A DNA stretch of 64,000 bases from Octopus vulgaris (Eukaryota), in NCBI GenBank assembly GCA_951406725.2, contig OX597831.1:83939318-84003317 (forward strand), in the 5' to 3' direction. A model generated the notes under the pieces. It was not told the DNA's origin, did not search any database, and worked only from the letters and a program-made list of their open reading frames with translations. Positions 51,327 to 63,990 of the stretch are shown here, one piece after another (position 1 is the stretch's first letter; each line of letters begins with the position of its first letter). A program made the translations under genes and the position numbers.

Positions 51327-54300
51327 TGTGGTGTGATGGTGAAGGAGTGTGACGAAATGGGGGGGGGAGCGGAAGTGGGGCTTGCAGATCTTGCAGGGCG
51401 CATGCGCGGGCGGAAGCGGAAGTGACAGACAGAACGCACGTGCGGCATTGACCAGTTGCGCCAGACACGACGAAGACACCGAGAAGACACGATGCGAGCG
51501 AGTTGGCTAAAGGCGATCCGAGTTCATCTCCGGTCACGTAAGATCCAATTACATTTCCATTCCTTTCCTTGTTCTGTTGTACACTTTTCATACTACAAGC
51601 TATTTCGGCAAATAATCACTCGGTTTCGTAAAAAATAAAAATAGAAAATTATGCAGAGTGCTATGGTTTCACGCGAGCCTATAACACCGTTTTGCGGCGA
51701 CAGCGATGTGGTCGCTTGGTTGAAGAGGGTAAAGTTGGTGGCGAAGTTCCACGGTATAGCTGACCTGGCTAGTTTTATGCCGTTGTATTTGGATGGCCCG
51801 GCCTTGGCGTTATATTTAGAGATGGAGGAGACGGACCAACTCAGCGCAGATAAAGTGGAGATCCGACTTATGGAGGCCTTCGTGGAAGGAATGTTTGAAG
51901 CGTACGGTCGGCTGGGTAGAATGAGATGGACCGGATAACAGGTGGACGTGTTCGCCGGTGAGCTTAGAAGGTTGGCTAAACTGGCGGGATATGAGGGAGA
52001 GTCGCTAGAACGGACGGTTAGGTTAGCGTTCGTGACCGGCTTTCCCGACATTATGTCGGTCGAGCTACAGAAGCTTCCGAAAATGCGTTCGATGCCGATG
52101 GTCGATATCATATCGCGGGCACGTGTACTGGTTTCGCGCAGCAGGTTGACGTCGGTAGCAGCAACTGTAACGTCGAAAAGTGGCCCAGCTAGGAGCAACG
52201 GAGAAGGGCTGAGGAAAGAACGCGTGCGATCGTTCAAAGGACAGTGTTTCCGGTGCCGAGGCCCACACATGGTCCGCGACTGCGCGTCGCCCAAGCCTGA
52301 GGTGATTTGCTACCGGTGTCGAGAGCCAGGGCATGTAGCCAGCGAGTGTCTGCGGGGAAACGGACCGCGGGAGACTACTGCGCCGGTAGTTGTCCCTTTG
52401 GATTAGTAGCGGCGCGTTTATCATCGTTACCTGCGGTCGACATTCTTGTGAAGGGGAAGATGTCGCGAGCCCTGGTGGACACGGGCTGTACGACGACCAT
52501 GATGACCACGGAAGTGGCAGAGACGTGGAGTGGAGGAAGCAGTGTTAGGGCAGCTGACGGAAGAGAAGTTCACTGCGAAGGTGTTACGGATGCGCAGATT
52601 GTGGTGCAGGAACTACAGAGGCTATGGAGGGAGGTGCTGCACTGGGCCTCAAGCTATGGAGAGACAAGGCCGGCGCCTTGGTGTTCCGGCGAGGGAATGA
52701 GGTCCCTGAACTGGGCGCCAGCATGAGTAGACGGGAACTGTTCTCCGTGTGTGGGAAGCTGGTGGGACACTACCCGATTGCAGGCTTGCTCCGGACAGCA
52801 TGTAGCTTCATCAAGAGACGAGCCGAAGGAGTGAAGTGGAATGATAAAGATGGTGGAGAGGACAATCGACATGATGCAGGAAGTCTTGGTCAGAGTAGGA
52901 GCAGAGGACCCGGTGAGGGGCAGCTGGTATGTTCCCAAATCAAAGAGCGGGATCGTATGGTGTGACGCCAGTAGCATCGCAATAGGAGTCGTCTTGGAAG
53001 TGGGAGGTGTCACGGTGGAAGATGCGGCTTGGCCTAGGAAGACGGATGACTGCAATCACATCAACGTGGCGGAGTTGGAAGCCGTGCTGAAGGGGGTGAA
53101 TCTAGCCTTGAAGTGGGGGTTGCACACCATAGAAATCAGGACTGATTCAGCCACTGTACTTTCTTGGGCGACAGCAGTCATCACCGATGAGAGGAGGGTG
53201 CGGACCAAAGGGGCTGCAGAGATGCTGGTAAAGCGTCGATTAGGAATACTGCGTGAACTAACCACTGAGTTCAATCTGAAGCTGAGCGTGATCTTTGTGC
53301 CTTCCGAGAAGAACAGGGCAGACGTCCTGACCAGGGTAAAGCGAGCCTGGTTGCAGGTGCCAGAGGATGCGAAGCAGGCTGTAGCTGCTGTATGCCGTCT
53401 GAGCGACTCGGAGTTACGGAGACTGCACACCATGCATCACATGGGTGTGGACAGGACATTGTTCCTGGCCAGAAAAGTTGACTCCGACGTAACAAGACAG
53501 AGTGTGCAGAGAGTGATTAGCAGTTGTGACAGGTGCCAGTCCATCGACCCTGCTCCGGTCGTGCATGAAGCGGGAAGTATTCCAGTGGACCAAGACTGGA
53601 GACGACTGGCGGTGGACATAACACACTACCGGCAGGGGACATACCTCTCAATGGTTGACTGCGGACCGGGGAGGTTCGCCATATGGAGGGACACGGTGGA
53701 CACGGGCTGTACAACGACGCTGATGACTACGGAAGTGGCATCCACCAGAATGTCGTCGATGTATGAATTGGTGGCCCTTTTTACTCTGTCCACCTTCCCC
53801 AGGATGGCCTTGAGAATTGTTGCCATAATCTTCGGCGCTGAATTCAGCGCCGAATCCCAACCTGGTCAGACAGTACGTCCGGCCCCTATACCTGACGAGC
53901 TGGTACTTCCATAATTTCTCAGCCACATGCACCTGAAGGTATGCCGAGTTCAAATCGACAATCGTGGAGGCCCCCGTCGTCTGCCTCCACTCTCGCAAGG
54001 TGTCTCCGCAGACATCCGTGGCCTCGCCGCCTGTATGACACGACACGGGGTCATTCAGCTCTCGGAAGTCGAGCACTGGCCTGACCTTACCCTTTGTGGG
54101 CTGTATCACCGCCATCAGTGGCAGGACTCCGCTCTCTTCTTTTTCCCAAGGGATCACTATGCCCTCCTTAATCCACCGCACCACTTCCCCCTCGAACTCA
54201 CTTCTGGCATCTCATTGTAGAGTATGCTGCTAGCAGCCCACTTTATTCTTTAACTCGGGGGCTCTCCCTTCCAGTGCCACTCCACTGTCCACCTCTTGCC

Positions 54301-57300
54301 ATCAAAGACAGCCCGAAAATCCTGGTCTTCAATGGTGTGCGCCGCATCATTTTCTTCTCGGTTGTCGTCGGTGCACGGTCTCGCCCTACACGGTTTCCCC
54401 GCTAACACAAACGTTACGCCAGCCTCGTTGACGGTGACACCTCCCAAACGGGTGATTGCATCCATCCCCATCACCACGTCAATCTCGTCCACCAAGTGAC
54501 CAACCACAATTTCTCGCAACGTCAGCTGTAGTCCCTGCACCACAATCTGCGCATCCGTAACCCCTTCGCAGTGAACTTCTCTTCCGTCAACTGCCCTAAC
54601 ACTGCTTCCTCCACTCCACGTGGAGTGAAGGAAGCAGTGTTAGGGCAGTCGACGGAAGAGAAGTGCACTGCGAAGTGCACGTGGAGTGGAGGAAGCAGTG
54701 TTAGGGCAGTCGACGGAAGAGAAGTGCACTGCGAAGGGTTTACGGATGTGCTGATTGTGGTGCAGGGACTACAGCTGACGTTGCGAGCAATTGTGGTTGG
54801 TCACTTGGTGGACGAGATCGACGTGGTGATGGGGATGGATGCAATCACCCGTTTGGGAGGTGTCACCGTCAACGAGGCTGGCGTAACATTTGGGTTAGCG
54901 GGGAAACCGTGTAGGGCGAGACCGTGCACCGACGACAACCGTGAGGAAAAGGATGCGGCGCACACCATTGAAGACCAGGATTTTCGGGCTGTCTTTGATG
55001 GCGAGAGGTGGACAGTGGAGTGGCACTGGAAGGGAGAGCCCCCGATGTTAAAGAATAAAGTGGGCTGCTATCAGCATACTCTAAAAGGAGATGCCAGAAG
55101 TGAGTTCGAGGGGGAGGTGGAGCGGTGGATTAAGGAGGGCATACTGATCCCCTGGGAAAAAGAAGAGAGCGGAGTCCTGCCACTGATGGCGGTGATACAG
55201 CCCACAAAGCATAAGGTCAGGCCAGTGCTCGACTTCCGAGAGATGAATGACAACGTGTCGTGTCATACAGGCGGCGAGGCCACGGATGTCTGCGGAGACA
55301 CCTTGCGAGAGTGGAGGCAGACGGCGGGGGCCTCCACGATTGTCGATTTGAAGTCGGCATACCTACAGGTGCATGTTGCTGAGAAAGTATGGAAGTACCA
55401 ACTCGTCAGGTATAGGGGCCGGACGTACTGTCTGACCAGGTTGGGATTCGGGCTGAATTCAGCGCCGAAGATTATGGCAACAATTCTCAAGGCCATCCTG
55501 GGTAAGGTGGACAGAATAAAAAGGGCCACCAATTCATACATCGACGACATTCTGGTGGATGAAACCGTGATACCAGCAACGGAGGTCATAGGCCACCTGA
55601 AGAGTTTTGGACTGATCGCCAAGCCGCCAGAGGCTATGGAGGGAGGTGCTGCACTGGGCCTCAAGCTATGGAGAGACAAGGCCGGCGCCTTGGTGTTCCG
55701 GCGAGGGAATGAGGTCCCTGAACTGGGCGCCAGCATGAGTAGACGGCAACTGTTCTCTGTGTGTGGGAAGCTGGTGGGACACTACCCGATTGCAGGCTTG
55801 CTCCGGACAGCATGTAGCTTCATCAAGAGACGAGCCGAAGGAGTGAAGTGGAATGATAAAGTGGGGGAGTGCACAATCGACATGATGCAGGAAGTCTTGG
55901 TCAGAGTAGGAGCAGAGGACCCGGTAAGGGGCAGCTGGTATGTTCCCAAATCAAAGAGCGGTATCGTATGGTGTGACGCCAGTAGCATCGCAATAGGGGT
56001 CGTCTTGGAAGTGGGAGGTGTCACGGTGGAAGATGCGGCCTGGCTCAGGAAGACGGATGACTGCAATCACATCAACGTGGCGCAGTTGGATGCCGTGCTG
56101 AAGGGGGTGAACCTAGCCTTGAAGTGGGGGTTGCACACCAAAGAAATCAGGACTGATTCGGCCACTGTACTTTGTTGGGCGACAGCAGTCATCACCAATG
56201 AGCGGAGGATGCGGACCAAAGGGGCTGCAGAGATGCTGGTAAAGCGTCGATTAGGAATACTGCGTGAACTAACCACTGGGTTCAATCTGAAGCTGAGCGT
56301 GATCTTTGTGCCTTCCGAGAAGAACAGGGCAGACGTCCTGACCAGGGTAAAGCGAGCCTGGTTGCAGGTGCCAGAGGATGCGAAGCAGGCTGTAGCTGCA
56401 GTATGCCGTCTGAGCGACTCGGAGTTACGCAGACTACACACCATGCATCACATGGGTGTGGACAGGACATTGTTCCTAACCAGAAAAGTTGTCTCCGACG
56501 TAACAAGACAGAGCGTGCAGAGAGTGGTTAGCAATTGTGACAGGTGCCAGTCCATCGACCCTGCTCCGGTCGTGCATGAAGCGGGAAGTATTCCAGTGGA
56601 CCAGGACTGGAGACGACTGGCGGTGGACATAACACACTACCGGCAGGGGACATACCTCTCAATGGTTGACTGCGGACCGGGGCGGTTCGCCATATGGAGG
56701 GAGATGAAGTCGGGAACCGCAGAAGAAATTGTGAAAGTGTTGAATGAGATATTCCTGGAACGAGGCCCCGTGGATGAACTGCTTCTGGACAATGGCACTG
56801 CGTTTCGCTCGGATGTGCTGAGAGAAATGCTTGATGAGTGGAAGGTCAACCGCTTCTTCAGGGCGGCATACCGGCCAAGTGGAAACGGGGTGGTGGAAAG
56901 GCATCATCGTACCATCAAGGCCATCGCAGAGAGGGTCACATTTCACCAGTCGAGGCCGTGTTTTGGTACAATATGTCGCCCAGATCAGGACATGGCTGAG
57001 GAGTCGGTGCCACACAGGGCAATATTCAGGTACGAGTGGAGGCATCTGTGTACTACATCAATGCGACCCGGGGCAGAGGAAGAGCACGCCTTCGTGCAGG
57101 TCGGGGAGGAAGTCTGGGTAAAACACCCAAACGCACGGTGTAGATCGCAATGGGGAAAGGGGACAATAACCTCCGTAAATTCAAAGAATAACATCTCGGT
57201 CGATGGTATGCCACGCCACGTTTTGGACATACGGAGGATTGTCCATGCCCCAGAGGATGGGGCCAGCAGCAGTGAGCAAGACGAAAACAACAGACAGGAT

Positions 57301-57724
57301 GATGAGGTCGGCAGCAACACACCAGAAACAAGTCCTAGGGTCGCACTGCGACCACAGAGGGAGCGGCACCCTCCTCCCTGGTTGGCTGATTATGAAACCA
57401 GTTTCAGGTGCGGGAGTGAGTGAGGAAGCCGGTTCAGTGATCTATAGATCAGGGGGGCGTGTGGTGTGATGGTGAAGGAGTGTGACGGAATGGGGGGGAG
57501 CGGAAGTGGGGCCTGCAGGTCTTGCAGGGCGCTCTCGCGGGCGGAAGCGGAAGTGACAGACAGAACGCACGTGCGGCATTGACCAGTTGCGCCAGACACC
57601 GAGAAGACACGACGCGAGCGAGTTGGCTAAAGGCGATCCGAGTTCATCTCCGGCCAGGTAAGACCCAATTACATTTCCATTCCTTTCCTTGTTCTGTTGT
57701 ACTCTTTTCACCATTCATACTACA
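51327..57724 (+). mobile_element. LTR family 2, copy 4 (LTR-a...LTR-a) with internal deletion and fold-back
   Basis: LTR-a 51327-51597, PBS, gag with TAA at 51936-51938, PR-to-RT deletion at ~52618, inversion ~53739-54619, pol to 57423, LTR-a 57460-57724 followed by GTATA. Confidence 0.92.
54620..57423 (+). pseudogene. pol: Long open pol frame lacking the protease DTG site, with compensating frameshifts in integrase
   Basis: The 950-aa ORF begins in the palindrome centre. An off-frame stretch (VTFHQSRPCFGTICRPDQDM) replaces GHISPVEAVFWYNMSPRSGQ. Confidence 0.85.
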
Positions 57725-57880
57725 GTATATATACGTATGTATGTATGTATGTATGTATGTATGTATGTATGTATGTATGTATGTATGTATGTATGTATGT
57801 ATGTATGTATGTATGTATGTATGTATGTATGTATGTATGTATGTATGTATGTGCGTGTGTGTGTATGTATGTATGTACGC
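57725..57880. repeat. (TATG)n microsatellite
   Basis: Directly visible. Confidence 0.95.
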
Positions 57881-58304
57881 ATGAATGTATTTGAGCATGT
57901 ATGTATTTGCATGTGTGTATGTACGAAGGGTTACTCAAAAGAAACTGGAATTTTGCAATATTATTTTATTCGCTTAGTTTTATGTTTACACTTTTATCGT
58001 CTTCAAAGTATTCTCCATTTAAAGAAATGCATTGGTCCAGGCGCACTTTACACTTTTCGAAACAGTGCTGGAATTCTTGCGAAGCAATGCTTTTTAACGC
58101 CTCCGTTGCTTTTTTTTTTTTTTTACTTCGTCCACGTCTGCAAATCGTTTACCGTTAAGGACGTTTTTTTATTTGGATGAACAAAAAGAAGTCTCAGGGA
58201 CGAAGATCGAGTGAATGAATAGAGAGGGTGCGTACGCGCGGTCATGCCATTATTGATCAAAAACTAGAATAAATCAATCAATCAATCAATCATATACATA
58301 CATA

Positions 58305-58347
<43 letters not shown>

Positions 58348-58349
58348 AT

Positions 58350-58972
58350 AGTAGAAATATTAAAATTACTAAGCCTCTCTAAAAGAGATCGCGGCAGCGT
58401 TCCTGGAAAATAATAGTTATCGCCATACTAATATGGCATTCTTATAAAAATAAGAATAAAGCTGTCCGCTTATTAGCTCCATGAGGCCATCGCCTTAAGT
58501 TAGCTATTTGATACACAAACTGTATCCATATAACCTTCGAACAAGGGAGGTCAGTCGCTCCACACTACTTGACCGACAGCTACAGACGCGTTTCGGGGTA
58601 TTGCCCCCTTTTCAATGTAGCGTAGTCAGACCAGTAGGTGTCGCTTCTGACAATCTCTGTTCGAAGGTTTTATTTACCTAGTTTCAGTGGAATACATCCA
58701 CTTGTTTTCAATAATAGAAATATTAAAATTACTAAGTCTCTCTAAAAGAGATCGCGGCAGCGTTCCTGGAAAATAATAGTTATCGCCATACTAATATGTA
58801 GCTGTCGGTCAAGTAGTGTGGAGCGACTGACCTCCCTTGTTCGAAGGTCATATGGATACAGTTTGTGTATCAAATAGCTAACTTAAGGCGATGGCCTCAT
58901 GGAGCTAATAAGCGGACAGCTTCATTCTTATTTTTATAAGAATGCCATATCAGTATGGCGATAACTATTATT
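58350..58972. mobile_element. Hammerhead repeat family R2, second locus (1.25 minus units plus an inverted partial unit)
   Basis: atagttatcgccatac occurs at 58414 and 58777 (363-nt period). The plus-strand partial copy starts at 58797. Confidence 0.8.
58579..58621 (-). ncRNA. Minimal type-I hammerhead ribozyme motif (U3-A8 variant)
   Basis: Minus strand reads GCTACA-TTGAAAA-GGGGG(CAATA)CCCC-GAAA-CGCG-TC/TGTAGC with a perfect 6-bp stem I. Confidence 0.78.
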
Positions 58973-59502
58973 TATATAAACATACTTATATATATACGTA
59001 CATATATATATACATATATATATACAAATATATACATATATATATACATATATATACATATATATATACTTATATATACATATATATATACATACATATA
59101 TATACATTCTTATATATATATCACATATATATACATACACACACACACATATATATACATACACACACACACACATATATATACATACACGCACACATAT
59201 ATATATATATATATATACATACACACACACATATATACATACACACACACATATATATACATACACACACACAAACACACATATATATATACATACACAC
59301 ACATATATATATATACATACACACACACATACATATATACATACACACACACACATACATATATACATACACACACACACACATATATATATACATACAC
59401 ACATACATATATACATACATACATACACACACACATATATATATACATACACAGACACACACACACACATATATATATACATACACACACACACATATAT
59501 AT

Positions 59503-59541
<39 letters not shown>

Positions 59542-59543
<2 letters not shown>

Positions 59544-59688
59544 CTAGGGTCATAATTATGGGTGACAATTTCATATGACACCGCTAGAAAAAACTGCCGT
59601 TCAAACCGAAAACTGTGGATCTCTTCGGTTTGAACGGCAGTTTTTCTAGCGGTGTCATATGAAATTGTCACCCATAATTATGACCTAG

Positions 59689-59690
<2 letters not shown>
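59542..59690. repeat. Near-perfect hairpin (~68-bp arms, 13-nt loop) at the centre of a larger inverted microsatellite duplication
   Basis: ggtcataattatgggtgacaatttcatatgacaccgctagaaaaaactgccgttcaaaccgaa, then the loop aactgtggatctc, then the reverse complement. Confidence 0.9.
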
Positions 59691-59737
<47 letters not shown>

Positions 59738-59903
59738 ATATATATGTGTGTGTGTGTATGTATATATATGTGTGTGTGTGTATGTATGTATGTATATATG
59801 TATGTGTGTATGTATATATATGTGTGTGTGTGTGTGTGTATATATATGTGTGTGTGTGTATGTATGTGTGTGTGTGTGTATGTATATATAAGTGTGTTTG
59901 TGT

Positions 59904-59951
<48 letters not shown>

Positions 59952-60026
59952 GTGTGTGTATGTATATATATATATGTGTGTGTGTGTATATATATGTGTG
60001 TATGTATATATATATGTGTGTGTGTG

Positions 60027-60073
<47 letters not shown>

Positions 60074-60290
60074 ATATATATGTGATATATATATATAAGT
60101 ATGTATATATATGTATTTATATATATATGTATATATAAGTATATATATATGTATATATATGTATATATATATGTATTTATATATATATATGTATATATAA
60201 GTATATATATATGTATATATATGTATATATATATGTATATATATGTATATATATATGTATATATATATATGTACATATATATATAAGTAT

Positions 60291-60345
<55 letters not shown>

Positions 60346-60359
60346 TATGTATGTATATA

Positions 60360-60387
<28 letters not shown>

Positions 60388-60390
<3 letters not shown>

Positions 60391-62128
60391 CTAGTTTCAG
60401 CTCATGAGCTGTGGCCATGCTGGGGCACCGCCATTTGGTGTTGATACTTGGTTTTACTTCACTAAAGCTTTTTAGCAACTGCCATTTGGTGCATGAGAGA
60501 GTTCGATGCAGCTGCCCTCATCTGCACCTCCTGCTGTGAAGTTGGTTCATCTGGGACACCTGACAGGAAGAGATCCAGTTTCATTTTAAAGACATCTGCA
60601 TCCACCCCATGCAGGTCTCTCAGGTTCTTCGGGAGGATATTGAAGAGCTGTGGGCCTCGGAAGCCCAGGCTATCACAGTATCTTGTCCTACATCTTGATG
60701 GCAAATTTGGAGTCCTAGGCACCACGCAGTGGCGCCCAGTTCTGGCATTCGTGTAACTCTCGATGCCAAAGTTTGGGACACGTCCCTCCAGGATCTTCCA
60801 GATGTATATTATGGCATATCTTTCCCGCCTACGCTCCAAGGAATATAGTTTTAATCTCTTGAGTCTTTCCCAGTAGCTTACATTCTGCATAGAGGCAATC
60901 TTCTTCGTGTAGCTACGCTGGATCGCCTCGAGCTCTGTGATCAACTTGACACTGGATGGTGACCATAACTGAGAGCAATAGTCAAAGTGGCTTAGGACAA
61001 GAGTCCTCCAGAGGAACATCATGGTTTCTTGTTCTCTTGTTCTAAAGGTTCTGAGAATCCATCCGGCCAGTCGTCTACATTTCATTGCCAATTTAGCAAC
61101 ATGTACATGAAAGGTTGCGTCATCACTCATGTAAATACCCAGGTCACGCACTGATTGTGCCTCTGGGATTGCTATTCCTCCGGGTCCAGTGTATTCATTG
61201 GGTATTGCATTTAGTTTTGCATGCTGATAGTATAAAGCTTGAAACTTTTCAGCATTGAACTGCATGCTATTCTTTTCAGCCCACTTGTATATTTTGTCCA
61301 GCTCACATTGCAGGCGTTTAGTGTCCTCAGGGTTCTGTATTGCCTGTGAAACTTTTGTATCATCTGCATAACTTGTGATCGTGGATCTCCGCGTGGCTGA
61401 GGGCAGGTCTGAGAGGGCCATTATGAACAGTAGTGGTCCCAGAACAGTGCCCTGCGGAACACCGCTCACTATTTGCGTGTTAATGGGAGTGGCTACTACC
61501 ACCTGACTTCTATCTATCAGAAAGTCATGAAGCCATACTCCCAGTTTTCCAACTATGTTGAGATCACGCAGTTTGTGACATATCATTCCATGATCGACTT
61601 TATCAAAGGCCTTTGCAAAGTCGAGATATATCACTTCCACATTTGAGTGGTTGAGCAGCCGTTTCAGCACCCAGTCATAGTGTTGTAGGAGCTGAGTTAA
61701 ACAGCTTCTCCCTGGTCGGAAACCATGTTGGGTGTCGGGCAGCAAGTCATTTTCTTCAAGGAAGGTGATCAGTTTCCTTCTGAATATTCGTTCCATGACC
61801 TTGCTGATGTGTGAGGTCAGAGAGATAGGTCTGTAGTTCTTGGCCTCCGCTCTGCTACCTCATTTATGAATGGACCTTCCTTCAGTTTTCTTGGAAGTTT
61901 GCCAGCTGCAAGGAAGCTCTGAAAGAGGAACTGCAGTGGTCTTGCTAGGAATCTCTTACATGCTTTTAGGAGGATTGCCGGGAATCCATCGGGACCAGTA
62001 GCTGAGTCTGTTTTCATTTCATCTATAGCCTTTATTACATAGTCTTCCTTTATATCGATGTAATCTATCGTCGCAGCCTCTGATTTTATATCTGCAGTGG
62101 TAAAGAAGTCAGTTGGATTGGTGATTTG
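60388..62128 (-). mobile_element. 5'-truncated CR1-like LINE related to LINE A
   Basis: 444-aa RT ORF (YLDFAKAFDKV, GVPQGTVLGPLLF, YADD, LYSLERRRER), an upstream TGPDG fragment, a 3' stem-loop tail and (AATC)n. Confidence 0.92.
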
Positions 62129-62441
62129 GAGATGTATATATACATAGACACACACACACACAAACACAAATATATATACATACACACACATATATATATA
62201 TATACATATACACACACGCGCATATATACATACACACACACATATATATATATACGTACACACACACACACATATATATATACATACACACACACACATA
62301 TATATACATACACGCACATATATATACATACACCCTGTGTCATCCATGTATATATATATATATACACACACACATATATATACATGCACACACACACATA
62401 TATATACATACACACACACACATATATATACATACACACAC

Positions 62442-62473
<32 letters not shown>

Positions 62474-62514
62474 GTATATATATGTGTGTGTGTATGTATA
62501 TATATATATATATA

Positions 62515-62575
62515 TATGATATTATTTATTTATGTAAAGGTTTATTATATACATATATGTATATATATATATATA

Positions 62576-62610
<35 letters not shown>

Positions 62611-62828
62611 GTTATTATTTATTTATCCAAAGCTTATTATATGCATATATATATATATGTGTATGTGTGTATGTTTATATATGTGTGTGTGTATGTATAT
62701 ATATATATGTTATTATTTATTTATCTAAAGGTTTATTATATACATATATATATATATATGTGTGTGTGTGTATATATATATGTGTGTGTGTGTATGTATA
62801 TATATGTGTGTGTGTGCATGTATATATA

Positions 62829-62861
<33 letters not shown>

Positions 62862-63090
62862 GTTATTATTTATTTATGCAAAGGTTTATTACGTACATAT
62901 ATATATATATGTGTGTGTGTATGTATATATATATATATATATATGTTATTATTTATTTATCTAAAGTTTTATTATATACATATATATATATATATGTATG
63001 TGTGTATGTATATATATGTGTGTGTGTATGTATATATATATATATATGTTATTATTTATTTATGTAAAGGTTTATTATATACATATATAT
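62515..63090. repeat. Minisatellite of ttattatttattt(a)tgtaaaggtttattatatac units separated by variable (TA/TG)n
   Basis: About six recurrences (~62518, 62611, 62709, 62862, 62945, 63048) and another at ~63303. Confidence 0.8.
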
Positions 63091-63129
63091 ATATGTATGT
63101 GTGTATGTATATATATATGTGTGTGTGTG

Positions 63130-63990
63130 TTTCATGTTCGTCTCTGTTAAGTTGCATTCTTTCCTTCTGTGGCTGGCTGACTCGGAGCGGATCTCAGAAT
63201 TAAACAGCAGAAATCTGCTATGAGGGATCAGTTTCTGACTGAAGAATGAAGGCTTTGAATGACCCGTTTGTCTGTTTGTTCGTCCCTTTCGTGTATTTCA
63301 CGTTATTTATTTATGTAAAGGTTTATTATATATTTCGCAGCGTACCTGCATAATAACTTCTTTATGTTTATCATATCAAAACCCCTGCACGATGTCTTTA
63401 AACTATTTTCTTTCCTTCGCCATTGCTTCGTTGCCAAATTGGTTTCGCGACTTTTTCTCCCAGCCTTTCTGATTCCTTCTCTCCCTCTCTCTCTTGATCA
63501 CTGCTTCTTCTCTGATTCCTTCTCTGCCTCTCTCTCTCTCGGTCACTGCTTCTGTCCTCGCCTTCTACCCTCCTTGGTCCCCTCTCTCTCTTAGCCCCTC
63601 CTCTCTCTTACCCTCTTGCGACTTTCTGCCTCAGCCATTCTCTTTCCATCGGCCACTTGTTCAACATGTGTCTTAACACCGAAAAGGTAATTATTTTTCC
63701 ACGCTTGCTGATATTGTTTTTGTGTCTCTCTTTTTGTGTTAAAGCCATAGGGCGCCTGTGACATCCATGTTTTTAACCGTTACTGTCTCCAAAAAGATTT
63801 TTCGTTTCATGTTCGTCTCTGTTGCGTTGCATTCTTTCCTTCTGTGGCTGGCTGATTCGGAGCGGATCTCAGAATTGAACGGCCGAAATCTGCGTTGGGG
63901 GATCAGTTTCTGACTGAAGAATGAAAGCTTTGAATGACCCGTTTGGCTTTTTGTTCGTCCCTTCGTGTATTTCACGTTATTTATTTATAT
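63130..63990. repeat. Two ~185-bp diverged direct repeats (63130-63315 and 63804-63990)
   Basis: tttcatgttcgtctctgtt..gttgcattctttccttctgtggctggctga...cgtgtatttcacgttatttattta occurs twice. Confidence 0.85.

Noticed and set aside
54571-57423. 950-aa ORF as a novel or domesticated gene with a new N-terminus
   Set aside because: The N-terminus is read through the palindrome centre, the protease DTG motif is absent and integrase has an off-frame patch. It is a rearranged pol.
29543-57724. Whole array as a pure assembly artefact
   Set aside because: The copies carry distinct SNPs and indels, different microsatellite lengths and a coherent LTR/TSD logic. Exact copy number still needs read support.
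62515-63090. CRISPR-like repeat-spacer array
   Set aside because: The context is eukaryotic, the 'spacers' are microsatellite and there are no cas genes.
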